From NCBI GenBank assembly GCA_046593575.1, contig JBKJNQ010000152.1, positions 1 through 51,154 of the forward strand: a stretch of DNA of 51,154 bases. Reading direction: 5' to 3'. The first letter of the stretch is position 1. Each line of letters starts with the position of its first letter. Origin of the DNA: Bacteriovoracaceae bacterium (GTDB lineage Bacteria > Bdellovibrionota > Bacteriovoracia > Bacteriovoracales > Bacteriovoracaceae). The notes under the pieces are model-generated. The model saw nothing but the letters and a program-made list of their open reading frames with translations, made no database searches and was not told the origin of the DNA. Position numbers and translations under genes: made by a program. Below are positions 1 to 10,429 of the stretch, piece after piece.

Positions 1-3000
1 TAAACATCCATCATCGAATTAGAAATCCGGATATTGTTCTCAGCTTTGACATTTACATGAAGGCGAAGAAGTTTTCCGAGCTCGGATTCCTGGTTTTTCG
101 GAAGGTAGCGGACATCACCAAGCCCAGAAGACTTGGATGAAAACTCGCTCAGTTCATTAACAATTAAAGCCTTATTTACCATGATCTCGCCGCCGACGTC
201 ATAGGGCCGCTGATTTCCAAGAATGATTCCCTCACCGGAAAGATTCACGACAGATTTTCCCATGATGGGGATTTCCGCGCGATCAAGAACATATTTGATA
301 TTCACGTCAGGCTCATTCTCATCAAAATAAACTTCGCCCCGAAAAAGAGCTGAACCGTTATCAAGTGCTGCCCGGAGTTTACGTATCTGAAGACGGCGAT
401 CTGAGAAAACAAAATCATACTGGAGGTCATTGAGAGGGAACGGAACGCCTTCCACTGAAAGGTTCAGCTTCTCGGCCTTACTGGTAAAAGCGAGATTATA
501 TTTATTTCCGATGCTCGTGATTTTTGCTGAGCTCGTCAAAAACCCTTCAGCCGAAAGGACAGGAGCAACCAGGATCTCAAGAATCTTGGAATTAACTTCC
601 ACTTCCTGAAGGAGAGATACATCCTTGCCGAAAACACCGGACCCTTTGGAATTAAATTTCAAATCAGGCTGGCGAACAGACATGTCCCATTTCTCAATAA
701 CATTATTCTTAATCAGGAAATCGGGACTGTTGGCTGCATACTCAAACCGGAATTCCGGATGGATAAAAGAGAACTCAGTCATTTGCGCCGAGAGATTCAT
801 GTTTTTGAACATGCCCGTAAACTGGGAAGACAGATCAAAGAAGACCTTCCCTTTGATGTTCTCATTTTCAAGATGCTGCCCAAGGAGTGCAACCAGGATT
901 GGTTTTGCATCGGGAAGATTGACCCTGAGATTGAGCTTGGAATCTCCGGTTTCGGTTAGTGACATATGAAAAAGACTCGTGAATGTATCTCCGAGGAAGC
1001 TTACTCGTCCGGCAATATAGTCAGGGTGGATAGTCATCTCAAAGTCAGAGTCATCAAATTTATAATTAGGCGAGTGCGTGTTAAACAGTTTGGTTTTTAA
1101 TGAGAGTGTATAATCCTTAACCGGGCCTTCACCGGCCAGGGTTCCACTGACTTGGGAGTCGATATTCAAATGAAGAAGCTTGGATAAATTGAAAGAGGAA
1201 AGCGCAATGTTTTCCCACTTCATATTTGTTTTCAGTCTTTTTTGGTTAAGCCAGTAACTGAAACTTCCAAAAATATCACCGCGTCCCTTTTCTGCATCAA
1301 TATTTGTAAAAGTCAGAAGCTGATCAGAGAGTTTGATTTCAAGGGACCCAGAGTTGACCACTTCTCCGTAGGCCACAAGGTCATTAAATTTCACGCCTGC
1401 TTTCACTTTTAATCCATCCAGGTTTGTCTTGCCGTAAATCGCAGCATCCAACTTACCAACGAAATTCATATCCTGCGGAAGAAAATCAATTTTCGAGAAT
1501 ATGGGATTCAGGATTTGCGCGAGATCATGATAATTTGTGTTTGGGGAATTAATACCGAGAGCGATATCGTTGTTATCCCAGTTTATAGCTCCCGTTCCGG
1601 AGATGGGAGTAGACCCAAACTTACTTTCAAATTTATTGATGAGAACACTGTCATCACCGAGATCCACCGTTAATTCAGTCTCAGTATCTCCCATGCGATA
1701 ACCAAGAACTTCAAAGCCGCGCATTTTCCCTTTGAAGTTTAACTCTGTGTCCTTGAGGGTACCACCGACCTCTACGCTGAGTGTACCGACGCCTTTCACA
1801 TCAAGTTTTGCTATATTTCCGAGATCCTCGAGATCGACCTGAGCATCGACAATCGAGAAACGCGCGCGATCCTTGTTCACAAATCCATCCACATCAAGCT
1901 TTGAGTGAGGCAGAGAAATATTTGAAGAAAGATGAACCTCACCACCTAGAAGTGTGACGAGGGCGTCCTTCATGACTGCAGACTTCACCATAACTACGGG
2001 AAAAGGTTTTTCCTTTCCAACGACCAGACCAAGGTTGTGAATAACAAAACCATTGGCAGGACGGAAAAGAAAATCTCCGTGATTGTGATTGATATCAAGT
2101 GCTCCGGTCATCTCGCCTTTTAGTACTTTGAGACTTGGAACAACTTTGAGAGCATTCGTAAGAAGAAACTTCTGCAAATTGACGTGCACGGTTTCTGGTA
2201 AGAATTTTCCAGCATCAAAATCGTATACTTTGGCGGGGGAAACCAGATCCGCTTTTTCCTCATCATGCACCACTGTTGCGGAGTGAAGGATAATGTTTTT
2301 TTGTGTAAAGTGAACTTCTGCCAGAATTTTATCAGCTTCCAGGACACTTGAATTCAGAGATTCAACCAGAAGCTGAGTTTTTCCCTCCAGACTACCGTTA
2401 CGATAATCAATATTGAAAATAGCGTTGGCAAATCCCTGATCGAAATGAATTTCAGGTGGAAGACCAATTTCACGATCAAAGTGTCTTAAATGGAAGTGAG
2501 CCTCACCGTTGAAGGAAGCTTCCGCCCCCTTGAGCTTGGGATAATTATTGATCTTTCCCTTCAACAGCAAAGTCTGAACATCATGAAGAACTTTAAGGCG
2601 ATAAATATCGATGGAATTCCGGGAGATTTCCACATCTCCCCAGACTTCATCCACGGAATAGTCTTTATCGGCGAGTGGTTTGATATTCGACAAGTGGAAA
2701 CGGACCATGAAGTCCTTTCCTTTTTTAAAGATCTTTAGCCTGCGGGCCTCCATGATGTCATGGTTCGCATGCAGCCGGGTGTTCTCAATAAGGAGGGTAT
2801 CAATCCGAACCGGAGCTTCTTCAGAAAGATCGAAAATCTTATCAATAATCTTTTTGTCGATTTCCTTAGTCTCTTCATCTTTCTTGGGAAAGTTGTAATC
2901 GATGACTGAATCAGAAATTCTGATTTCACCAAAAGTGAGTTTTCTTTCTTCAAGTTCAATCAAGCTTATATAAAAACCAAGGCGTCCAAATTCCGCCATG

Positions 3001-3242
3001 AGTGTTTCGTCAGACGAAATCGTTTTCCTGATCTTCACACGATTAAGCTCAATACCCGGAGGGAATACAGAAAAGCCGATATTCTTGATACTGATATAGG
3101 TATTCGTCTTCTTGAGCGAGAGATCAGAAATCACTTTTGTAATGAGAGACCCAAAGGAATTGGTGTGCACGAAAATCACAAGTGCCGCGATCGAAGCAAA
3201 AACAACAAAGACAATAGCTCCCAGTACACTTTTAAATCTCAT
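1..3242 (-). CDS. tamB: TamB/AsmA-like translocation and assembly module protein, 3' end outside the window (>1080 aa)
   Basis: Absent from the ORF track because its stop lies outside the window. Hand translation from ATG 3242 (ATGA overlap with the upstream TPR gene's stop) gives MRFKSVLGAIVFVVFASIAALVIFVHT..., an N-terminal TM anchor followed by a long beta-rich frame that stays open to the edge. Its position after a TPR gene and accC matches the TPR-tamB-tamA arrangement in Bdellovibrio and Myxococcus. Confidence 0.75.
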   Translation of the reverse strand, partial: MRFKSVLGAIVFVVFASIAALVIFVHTNSFGSLITKVISDLSLKKTNTYISIKNIGFSVFPPGIELNRVKIRKTISSDETLMAEFGRLGFYISLIELEERKLTFGEIRISDSVIDYNFPKKDEETKEIDKKIIDKIFDLSEEAPVRIDTLLIENTRLHANHDIMEARRLKIFKKGKDFMVRFHLSNIKPLADKDYSVDEVWGDVEISRNSIDIYRLKVLHDVQTLLLKGKINNYPKLKGAEASFNGEAHFHLRHFDREIGLPPEIHFDQGFANAIFNIDYRNGSLEGKTQLLVESLNSSVLEADKILAEVHFTQKNIILHSATVVHDEEKADLVSPAKVYDFDAGKFLPETVHVNLQKFLLTNALKVVPSLKVLKGEMTGALDINHNHGDFLFRPANGFVIHNLGLVVGKEKPFPVVMVKSAVMKDALVTLLGGEVHLSSNISLPHSKLDVDGFVNKDRARFSIVDAQVDLEDLGNIAKLDVKGVGTLSVEVGGTLKDTELNFKGKMRGFEVLGYRMGDTETELTVDLGDDSVLINKFESKFGSTPISGTGAINWDNNDIALGINSPNTNYHDLAQILNPIFSKIDFLPQDMNFVGKLDAAIYGKTNLDGLKVKAGVKFNDLVAYGEVVNSGSLEIKLSDQLLTFTNIDAEKGRGDIFGSFSYWLNQKRLKTNMKWENIALSSFNLSKLLHLNIDSQVSGTLAGEGPVKDYTLSLKTKLFNTHSPNYKFDDSDFEMTIHPDYIAGRVSFLGDTFTSLFHMSLTETGDSKLNLRVNLPDAKPILVALLGQHLENENIKGKVFFDLSSQFTGMFKNMNLSAQMTEFSFIHPEFRFEYAANSPDFLIKNNVIEKWDMSVRQPDLKFNSKGSGVFGKDVSLLQEVEVNSKILEILVAPVLSAEGFLTSSAKITSIGNKYNLAFTSKAEKLNLSVEGVPFPLNDLQYDFVFSDRRLQIRKLRAALDNGSALFRGEVYFDENEPDVNIKYVLDRAEIPIMGKSVVNLSGEGIILGNQRPYDVGGEIMVNKALIVNELSEFSSKSSGLGDVRYLPKNQESELGKLLRLHVNVKAENNIRISNSMMDV

Positions 3243-4612
3243 CCGAGTTTCTCAAGCCTTTCTTTCGCCATCCGATAACGTGAGTCGATTGAGACAATCT
3301 TTCTCAGAACTTGACGGGCCTCATTTTTCTGATTGAGGCGAAGATACGCCTCTGCTTCACAATAAAGAAACGAAAGAAGATCATCCTGACTGGAAATTAA
3401 CTTCATGGATTCGAGTGCGAGGTCGAGGGCCTTGCGATAATCACCAGCATGAAGAAGTGCAGTGAGTGCAAGATAAGCAGCTTTAAGCTTTATTCTATCG
3501 TCGGTAGCTCTTTCGTGAACGATCATCGCAGCTGAACCTGCGACTCTCGGAAGCTCGCTCTGAAGAAAACTAACCGCAAGATCAAGAAGACTTTCATCGG
3601 AGAAGTTCTGATTACGCACGAGATGAATCAGAAGTCCCTCGTCCTCAGAGTTTTGCGGGAGTGTCGACATGGTCAGGGACTTGTCCTGCTTTTCTTCGAG
3701 AGTCAGATCCGGAGATTCGACAACATCGACGCGAGGAATAGGCTTGGTCATATTGACGAAATATTTCTTCAATTCAGGAAAGTGCTTGGCGACATAGACA
3801 AAGTCGTATTGCTGATGGGTTGAAAGCTCCGTGGCGTAGTCGGTGGCAATGGAATCAAGCTTGTTTGTCACAAAAAGATTCATGAGCATAATGCCAAAGC
3901 GGAAATCATCAAAATAGATCACGGCTTCTGCCAGTCTCTTGTAATCTTTTTTCTCTGTGATTCCATTCACCAGAAGCGAGAGCAAGCTTTGATAAATTTC
4001 CAGATGTCCTTTCTCAGTCTGAAGTGCAAGGACGCTGAGAAGTGAATTGAGTTTCTCTTTCAGGGTCTTCGGTGACGACTTTTCGAAAGCATCAAGGATA
4101 AGTTGATTCAGCTCGGACTCAGCACCCGTCAAATCTTTTCTCAGCAGCGTCAAAGCAAAGGTCTGGATCTTTAGTTGAAAGTCCGCCCGGAAATATTTTT
4201 GGACTAGATCTTGTATCGGTGACGGAACTGAAGGAAGACTACGTTCAAAAAGCTTCAAATGATAACTTGAAATGAGATCGTGCAGTTCCTGGATCCGTCC
4301 GCGCTTTTCGGAGAGCTTCATGCGAAAGAACAGAATCCGAAAATCTGACGAAGCTTTTAATTCTTCAGATGCATGTTCAAAAATATCAACGGCAAGGTGA
4401 TTATCCTTTTCCCAAAGTGCGATAAGGCATTCAGTTGCGAGATGATCAGGCAGATATTTTTTTTGCGCAATGAGTGCTGTGAGATACAGCGGAATGATTT
4501 CAGTTCTTGCTTCTTGAGTAGCGGATATGAGCGCGGTTTCTGCAGCTTCTTCAGCTGCAGAAAAATTCTCATCGGCCATCATTTGCCGAATGGATGAAAT
4601 TAAGTCTATCAA
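3239..4612 (-). CDS. TPR protein, positional equivalent of Bdellovibrio Bd2492 / Myxococcus SgmX
   Basis: 457-aa helical protein. C-terminal TPRs end in SIDSRYRMAKERL. TTG start with an AGGAAGG SD. Lies between accC and tamB. Confidence 0.65.
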   Translation of the reverse strand: MIDLISSIRQMMADENFSAAEEAAETALISATQEARTEIIPLYLTALIAQKKYLPDHLATECLIALWEKDNHLAVDIFEHASEELKASSDFRILFFRMKLSEKRGRIQELHDLISSYHLKLFERSLPSVPSPIQDLVQKYFRADFQLKIQTFALTLLRKDLTGAESELNQLILDAFEKSSPKTLKEKLNSLLSVLALQTEKGHLEIYQSLLSLLVNGITEKKDYKRLAEAVIYFDDFRFGIMLMNLFVTNKLDSIATDYATELSTHQQYDFVYVAKHFPELKKYFVNMTKPIPRVDVVESPDLTLEEKQDKSLTMSTLPQNSEDEGLLIHLVRNQNFSDESLLDLAVSFLQSELPRVAGSAAMIVHERATDDRIKLKAAYLALTALLHAGDYRKALDLALESMKLISSQDDLLSFLYCEAEAYLRLNQKNEARQVLRKIVSIDSRYRMAKERLEKLG

Positions 4613-4645
4613 ATGCCCTTCCTATGACACTAAATGCTTAATTTT

Positions 4646-4651
4646 ATTATA
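4646..4651 (-). promoter_or_regulatory. sigma70 -10 element (TATAAT) upstream of the TPR-tamB genes
   Basis: Perfect TATAAT on the minus strand in the 42-bp gap after accC. No clear -35. Confidence 0.4.
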
Positions 4652-4654
4652 CTT

Positions 4655-6013
4655 TCAAATGAGTTTTTTGGATAAATAATTGGTCGAAAAACGACTTTCC
4701 ACAAACTCTGGATCATTCAGGATGCTCTTGTGAAGATCGATGTTCGTGCTGATCCCACTCACTACGGTTTCATCCAAAACTCGCTTCGCACGAGTGATGC
4801 AATTGGCGCGATTATCGGCCTGAACAATGATCTTAGAAATCATAGAGTCGTAGTGTGGAGGTACAGTATATCCCGTATAGATAAAGTCATCTACTCTCAC
4901 GCCAATACCGCCAGGTCTATGATAATGCGTGATATGTCCCGGTGAAGGCATGCCTGTTTTTGGATCTTCGGCATTGATCCGGAATTCCATCACATGATTG
5001 CGGAAGATGATATCCGATTGCTTGAATCGGGAAACATCCCCTTGTGCATGACGAATCATCTCGGAAATAAGGTCAACACCTGTGCGACCTTCAGTCACTG
5101 GATGCTCAACTTGAATTCGTGTGTTCATTTCCATGAAGTAGAATTTTTCCTCATCCTGATCATACAGGAACTCAACCGTGCCAGCCGAATCGTAATCAAC
5201 GAACTTCGCCAGACGAACAGCTGCGGAACAAATTTCCTCTCTCACCTTGGGTGTGATGACCGGAGAAGGTGCTTCTTCAAGAATTTTCTGAAAACGTCTC
5301 TGGATGGTGCAGTCACGCTCGCCCAGGTGAATGACATTACCGTGCTTATCCGCAAGGATCTGAACTTCAATGTGACGAGGATTGATGACGTATTTTTCGA
5401 TGAAGAGTGTGCCGTCACCGAAAGCCGCTTTCGCTTCTTCCTGTAAGCGTGAAAGTGCCGGCCAGAGTTCTTCGAAATTTTCGATTCTCTTCATCCCGCG
5501 GCCACCACCACCAGCGGATGCTTTGATAAGAACCGGGAAGCCCATTTTCTCAACATCTTTTTTAATCTGAGTTTCATCAACGTCTTTGACGTAGATCGGC
5601 TCAAGAGTAGGAACTTTGGCTTTTTTTGCAGTGATTTTAGATTCGATTTTATCGCCCATCGACTGAATACACTTCACGGATGGACCAATGAAAGTGATTC
5701 CCCACTTCGCACACATCTCAGCGAATTCATCATTTTCAGAAAGGAATCCGTAACCCGGATGGATCGCATCTGCACCGGTAATATCAGCAGCAGAAAGAAT
5801 CTGAGGAATATTGAGATAAGAATCTTTGGATTTCGCAGGACCAACGCAGACAGATTCATCTGCCATTTTCACGTGAAGCGAATCTTCATCCGCAGTGGAA
5901 TGAATGGCAACAGTTTCAATGCCGAGTTCTTTGCAACTTCTGATCACGCGGATGGCGATTTCTCCGCGGTTAGCAATCAGGACTTTTTTGAACTTCTTCG
6001 CTTCTACTTTCAT
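4655..6013 (-). CDS. accC: acetyl-CoA carboxylase biotin carboxylase subunit
   Basis: KKVLIANRGEIAIR, HPGYGFLSEN, GGGGRGM, FMEMNTRIQVEHPVTE and YDSMISK motifs. Confidence 0.97.
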   Translation of the reverse strand: MKVEAKKFKKVLIANRGEIAIRVIRSCKELGIETVAIHSTADEDSLHVKMADESVCVGPAKSKDSYLNIPQILSAADITGADAIHPGYGFLSENDEFAEMCAKWGITFIGPSVKCIQSMGDKIESKITAKKAKVPTLEPIYVKDVDETQIKKDVEKMGFPVLIKASAGGGGRGMKRIENFEELWPALSRLQEEAKAAFGDGTLFIEKYVINPRHIEVQILADKHGNVIHLGERDCTIQRRFQKILEEAPSPVITPKVREEICSAAVRLAKFVDYDSAGTVEFLYDQDEEKFYFMEMNTRIQVEHPVTEGRTGVDLISEMIRHAQGDVSRFKQSDIIFRNHVMEFRINAEDPKTGMPSPGHITHYHRPGGIGVRVDDFIYTGYTVPPHYDSMISKIIVQADNRANCITRAKRVLDETVVSGISTNIDLHKSILNDPEFVESRFSTNYLSKKLI

Positions 6014-6465
6014 TAGCTAAGCTTGATTTTGAAGAGTGGCTGGCCGAATTCGACCAGTGATTCATTCTCAACACAAATCTCAACGATCTCGCCCGCTTTA
6101 TCGGCATCGATTTCGTTCATGATCTTCATCGCTTCAAGAACACAGAGTGGCTGTCCAGCTTTTACTTTGTCCCCGATTTTAACGTAGACAGGTTTCCCAG
6201 GTCCGGATGAGCCGTAGAAAGTTCCGACGAATGGAGATTTCACAACGTGAATATTGGCATCAACGGCAGTAGCTTTCGCCGGAGTAGCAGATGGGTGAGC
6301 AGCATCTGCTGGTGCGTGATGAACAACCGGAGCATGATGAACGATTGGTGCAGATGAACTCATGAAGCTGACAGAAACTTTATAGTCTTTGCCTTCAACC
6401 TTAAGTTCAGCAACGCCCTGGTCTTTAGCAACTTTAACGATTTCTTTCAGAGTATCCATGTTCAT
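6013..6465 (-). CDS. accB: biotin carboxyl carrier protein
   Basis: EAMKIMNEI biotinylation motif, SPFVGTFY, and an Ala/Pro/His linker. Confidence 0.97.
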   Translation of the reverse strand: MNMDTLKEIVKVAKDQGVAELKVEGKDYKVSVSFMSSSAPIVHHAPVVHHAPADAAHPSATPAKATAVDANIHVVKSPFVGTFYGSSGPGKPVYVKIGDKVKAGQPLCVLEAMKIMNEIDADKAGEIVEICVENESLVEFGQPLFKIKLS

Positions 6466-6467
6466 GA

Positions 6468-7034
6468 TTATGCCTTCTCGCGAGAAATATATTCACCGGT
6501 ACGGGTATCGATCCTGAGAACTTCGCCCTCTTTAATAAAGAGCGGAACGTTGATCTGAAGACCTGTTTCCATGACAGCTTTCTTGTTTCCACCTGTGGCG
6601 GTGTCACCACGCATTCCCGGATCTGTTTCAACAACCTTGAGGTTAATGAAGTTAGGAAGCTCGATAGAAATCGGACGATTGTTATAATAGAGAATGAAAA
6701 CTTTGATGTTTTCCTGAAGATAGAATTTGTTTTCGCCAACCTGATCATGAGAGAGGTGAATCATCTCGAATGTCGTTTGATCCATGAAATTGAAACCATC
6801 CTGATCGGCATAGTTAAATTCCATTTCTTTTTCTTCCATGTCCGGCTTACCGACTGTCTCAACTCCGGCCTTGAACGTGCGTTCAATGGTCTGGTTAGTT
6901 TCGAGATTACGGATACGAGTTCTGACGAAAGCCGAGCCTTTTCCAGGATTCACGTGTTGAAAATCAACGATGATCCAAGGTTTGCCTTCGATCTCAATTT
7001 TGAGACCTTTTCTGAAATCAGTGGTTTGGTACAT
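6468..7034 (-). CDS. efp: elongation factor P
   Basis: HVNPGKGSAFVR loop, RGDTATGG and VPLFI...IDTRTGEY. Confidence 0.97.
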   Translation of the reverse strand: MYQTTDFRKGLKIEIEGKPWIIVDFQHVNPGKGSAFVRTRIRNLETNQTIERTFKAGVETVGKPDMEEKEMEFNYADQDGFNFMDQTTFEMIHLSHDQVGENKFYLQENIKVFILYYNNRPISIELPNFINLKVVETDPGMRGDTATGGNKKAVMETGLQINVPLFIKEGEVLRIDTRTGEYISREKA

Positions 7035-7079
7035 AAAAAAATTTCCCTTAGATTGCTAGTCGGAGACAAGCATCAATAA

Positions 7080-7505
7080 TCAGTGGAGCTGCGAATGAAT
7101 CGCGACATAATAACTCTGTTTTCCAAGCCCGCTCATTATGGCCGTAGCGGCTTTTGCCGTCAACAAAGTATGCCGGAAGTCCTCACGTCGATAGACCTGA
7201 GATAGGTGCACTTCAATTACTGGAATTTTCAGGATTTTCAGGGCGTCATGAATGGCGACAGAGGTGTGAGCGAAACCACCCGGATTGATGATGAGAGCGT
7301 CAAATTTTTCTGAGTGGGCCTGCTGAATTCTTGAAACAATTTCGCCTTCAATATTTGATTGAAACCATTGAAGTGTTGCAACACCCTTCAACTTTTCTTC
7401 AGTCCACTTTGCAATATCATCCAGGGAATCAGTTCCATAGACTTCTGGCTCACGCTTCCCGAGCATATTGAGATTTGGGCCATTTATAATAAGGAAACTT
7501 TTCAT
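7080..7505 (-). CDS. aroQ: type II 3-dehydroquinate dehydratase
   Basis: INGPNLNMLGKREPEVYG, NPGGFAHTSVAI and IEVHLS motifs. Confidence 0.95.
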   Translation of the reverse strand: MKSFLIINGPNLNMLGKREPEVYGTDSLDDIAKWTEEKLKGVATLQWFQSNIEGEIVSRIQQAHSEKFDALIINPGGFAHTSVAIHDALKILKIPVIEVHLSQVYRREDFRHTLLTAKAATAIMSGLGKQSYYVAIHSQLH

Positions 7506-8560
7506 GAGCGTTCGGCCCGTTCACGAAGATTTCCGAGGAACTGGTCAAAGGCATCGCGGACTTTCAACTCAGCCGGCGATTTCGCCTTCACTTGATTCTC
7601 GATAATGGAAATAAGTTCATCGTGACCGGATTCTTCGTTCATTTTTCCGGAAGCCGCGTGAGACATTTTCATTCGAAGAACTTCACCAAGCTTTCTGGTG
7701 GAATTCTGATCACCGGGATTCAGTTCGAGAATTTTTTCAATGAGCTCAATCGCCTTATCGTAGTAATGCTGACTGCAATAGAGGTCAATCAATGTGTGAG
7801 AGACAATGGGTGAATCGGCATTAATAGTGGAATTTACCTCATCAATGTCACCGTGTTCATCTTCAAATTCATCTGCATAAAAATCGTCTTCAAGACTTCT
7901 CTCCTGAACGGATTGTTTCAGGATGGGATGGATCGAGGATTTTTCTTCTGTCCCGGGTTTATGCATGACCCAGTCATCATCTTCCGGTTCCGGCTGAGGC
8001 TTCTTACTCTCCGGAAGAGCTTTTTTATGAGTGCGATTAAAATCCACCTGAACCCAGTCGTCATCAACAGTATCCGAAATGGGGATGACCATGTCCGGTG
8101 CTTTAATCAACTGGTCGAGTGAAAGTTTCTTATGTCCAACCATTAAGTCGTCTTCAAGTTTCTTCACTTCAACAGCAAAAAACTTGTCACGAGGATTGAG
8201 GAAGAGAAGATATTTATAGGTTTCGAGAGCTTCTTCAAGATAGCCCAGATGGATACATGCCTGTGCAAAAATCTTTTGCAAAGAAATGTTATCAGCGTTC
8301 TGAGTGATGATTGGTCTCAGAGTATTGTAAGTGAGTTCGTATTTTTCCAGATCATAATAGCAGTGAGAAAGAACGATGTAGCCGAGCGCATAGTTTGGAT
8401 GCTGACGAATGCCTTCTTTGAGAATTTTCAAGGCATCATCAAGCATTCCAAGTTTACGAAATGCTTCAGCCAGTGGTGCGAACACCTTAGAACGGGGATT
8501 CTTCTTGTACATGCCATAGTACTTGGCCAACAAGGCAGATTGGTTTCGCTTCCCCGACAC
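7502..8560 (-). CDS. TPR protein with an acidic linker, conserved downstream of pilQ
   Basis: N-terminal NPRSKVFAPLAEAFRKLG TPRs, an acidic central linker and a C-terminal TLIDLYCSQHYYDKA TPR. GTG start with a GGAAGG SD. Confidence 0.75.
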   Translation of the reverse strand: MSGKRNQSALLAKYYGMYKKNPRSKVFAPLAEAFRKLGMLDDALKILKEGIRQHPNYALGYIVLSHCYYDLEKYELTYNTLRPIITQNADNISLQKIFAQACIHLGYLEEALETYKYLLFLNPRDKFFAVEVKKLEDDLMVGHKKLSLDQLIKAPDMVIPISDTVDDDWVQVDFNRTHKKALPESKKPQPEPEDDDWVMHKPGTEEKSSIHPILKQSVQERSLEDDFYADEFEDEHGDIDEVNSTINADSPIVSHTLIDLYCSQHYYDKAIELIEKILELNPGDQNSTRKLGEVLRMKMSHAASGKMNEESGHDELISIIENQVKAKSPAELKVRDAFDQFLGNLRERAERS

Positions 8561-8571
8561 AGCAACCTTCC

Positions 8572-10377
8572 TTAAAGTGACTCGGATTCCGATTTCACGT
8601 TTGTTGCACGCTTCTCGGAGAATCCAGCTTCTTCCTGGTTAAGAATCCGCGGAGTGATAAAGATAACGAGCTCCGATTTTGTTGTTTGGGTGTTGAATGG
8701 GTTACGGAATAACCAACCAACAAGTGGAAGATCCTTGAGATAAGGAATCCCCTGCACGAGCTCGGTGCTCCCATGAGTATAGAGTCCGCCGATCACAACA
8801 GTAGATCCGTTATCAACTAGTACGGTCGTATTCACAGATCTGGTGGTTTGATTTGGTGGTGCGCCTTCAACTGGTCTTACGCCAAAGGAAGACTTGTTCA
8901 CTGCGACTTTCAGGTTGATCGCTCCATCATTGGTGACCTGAGGAGTAACGTTAAGTGATGTCGTTGCAGTAGACGTTGAGAATCCGGTAGTCGTTGCACC
9001 GTTTGTAACAGTGTTGGTAGAAAATGCTGTTGATTCGTTGGCGGTAAGTGTTGCTGCCTGCTTATTCTGAGTGACGACACGTGGGCTTGAAAGAACGCGG
9101 ACTTTCGATTCTTGTTCCATCATTTCGAGGTTCAGGTTGAGGCCGGTCAACCTCTTATAGATACCAATCGTAAGCCCTGCAACAGTCGGGGCTCCTGTGC
9201 CGGGAGCCGTACTGAATGAAAAGCCAGGGCCTTTGCTCGTAAGTCCGGTCGTATTCACGACGGGATCATAGCCAAAAGTTACACCGCGGGTAAGACCAAT
9301 GCGTTTTGAATAATCTTCCTGGGCTTCAACAATTTTTGCTTCAATAAGAATCTGTGGTGTCTGAGTATCCAGTGTCTCAATAATTTTTTTAATGCGGTCA
9401 ATCGCCTCAACAGTATCGCGAACGATGAGACTGTTTGTTCTTTCATCAACCTGGAGTTTCCCCCGGATTGGTGTCGAATAATCTGTAATCACAGTTCTGA
9501 TATCAGCAAGAGTTGCGTAGTTAATGAGGAAGACGCGAGTAACGAGAGGCTCGAGTGTTTCTTTTTGTTTGTTGGCTGCGATCAGGGCGGTTTGTTCAAG
9601 AGCGGCCTGCTCAGCAGTTTTCATGATCAGGATGTTGGCATTCTTCTCGGCTACCAGCTTTGAAAGCTTCATGATGGTATCGAGTGCCTGGTCCCAGGGA
9701 ACATTTGTCAGTGAAAGAGTGAGTGGAGGAAGTTTCCCAACGTTCTGGTCAATAATGATGTTGAAGCCGGAAGTATCCGCGATCATATTCAGAACATCAG
9801 TCACATCAATATTACGAACGTTAATGGAAATTCTGCGTCCAACATATTTCTTCGGACCAGAGAGGGTAAGATTTTCAAGAATATCTTCAAGGCTGGTCGA
9901 CTTAGGAACATTAATCCCGACAGAGTCTTCAAATGTTTCCTGAGATTTTGCTGTAGTGACAGTGGTGCTTTTTACCTGATTCTTTGTGAACACACCGAAA
10001 CGATTTTCAATATTGAGAACAATGTTGTTCCCTTTCGTTTCAAGTACTGAGCGGACATTGTCGCGAAGCTGGATGGCGAAGCGAATATCATTTGAGGTTC
10101 CAGGCTTTCGGTAACCAGAAACATAAACTGTAGAGCCGGGAAATTCAGAGGTATCAATCCCGCGAAGAAGTTTGGGAGAAACTTTAGCGTTTTTCAAATC
10201 AAGAATGATTTGCTTGTCTTCTGTGACATGAAATCGTTCCGCAAGGATAGCTTGATCGGCCTCAATGATGAGTTTGCTGATCTCCCCGTCCTGAGTAAAA
10301 CTGACGTTCTTGATTTCCTGCGCCCCTACCGAAATAGCAAAGAAGGCGAGGAAAACAGAAAAAAATCCTTTCTTCAT
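8572..10377 (-). CDS. pilQ: type IVa pilus secretin
   Basis: Signal peptide MKKGFF...VGAQ, AMIN-like N-domain, NVPWDQALD, DERTNSLIVRD, PQILIEAKIVE, GIPYLKDLPLVGWLF and ELVIFITPRIL. Start set at the SD-preceded ATG 10377; 10401 is possible. Confidence 0.95.
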   Translation of the reverse strand: MKKGFFSVFLAFFAISVGAQEIKNVSFTQDGEISKLIIEADQAILAERFHVTEDKQIILDLKNAKVSPKLLRGIDTSEFPGSTVYVSGYRKPGTSNDIRFAIQLRDNVRSVLETKGNNIVLNIENRFGVFTKNQVKSTTVTTAKSQETFEDSVGINVPKSTSLEDILENLTLSGPKKYVGRRISINVRNIDVTDVLNMIADTSGFNIIIDQNVGKLPPLTLSLTNVPWDQALDTIMKLSKLVAEKNANILIMKTAEQAALEQTALIAANKQKETLEPLVTRVFLINYATLADIRTVITDYSTPIRGKLQVDERTNSLIVRDTVEAIDRIKKIIETLDTQTPQILIEAKIVEAQEDYSKRIGLTRGVTFGYDPVVNTTGLTSKGPGFSFSTAPGTGAPTVAGLTIGIYKRLTGLNLNLEMMEQESKVRVLSSPRVVTQNKQAATLTANESTAFSTNTVTNGATTTGFSTSTATTSLNVTPQVTNDGAINLKVAVNKSSFGVRPVEGAPPNQTTRSVNTTVLVDNGSTVVIGGLYTHGSTELVQGIPYLKDLPLVGWLFRNPFNTQTTKSELVIFITPRILNQEEAGFSEKRATNVKSESESL

Positions 10378-10429
10378 GTTCTCATCCTTAAGAATGTCCA
10401 TACCGGACTCTACTAATATTGTAGGGAAA

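Noticed and set aside
625-3336. Short ORFs listed over the first 3.3 kb
   Set aside because: They are shadows of the long minus-strand tamB-like frame that the track missed because its stop is outside the window.
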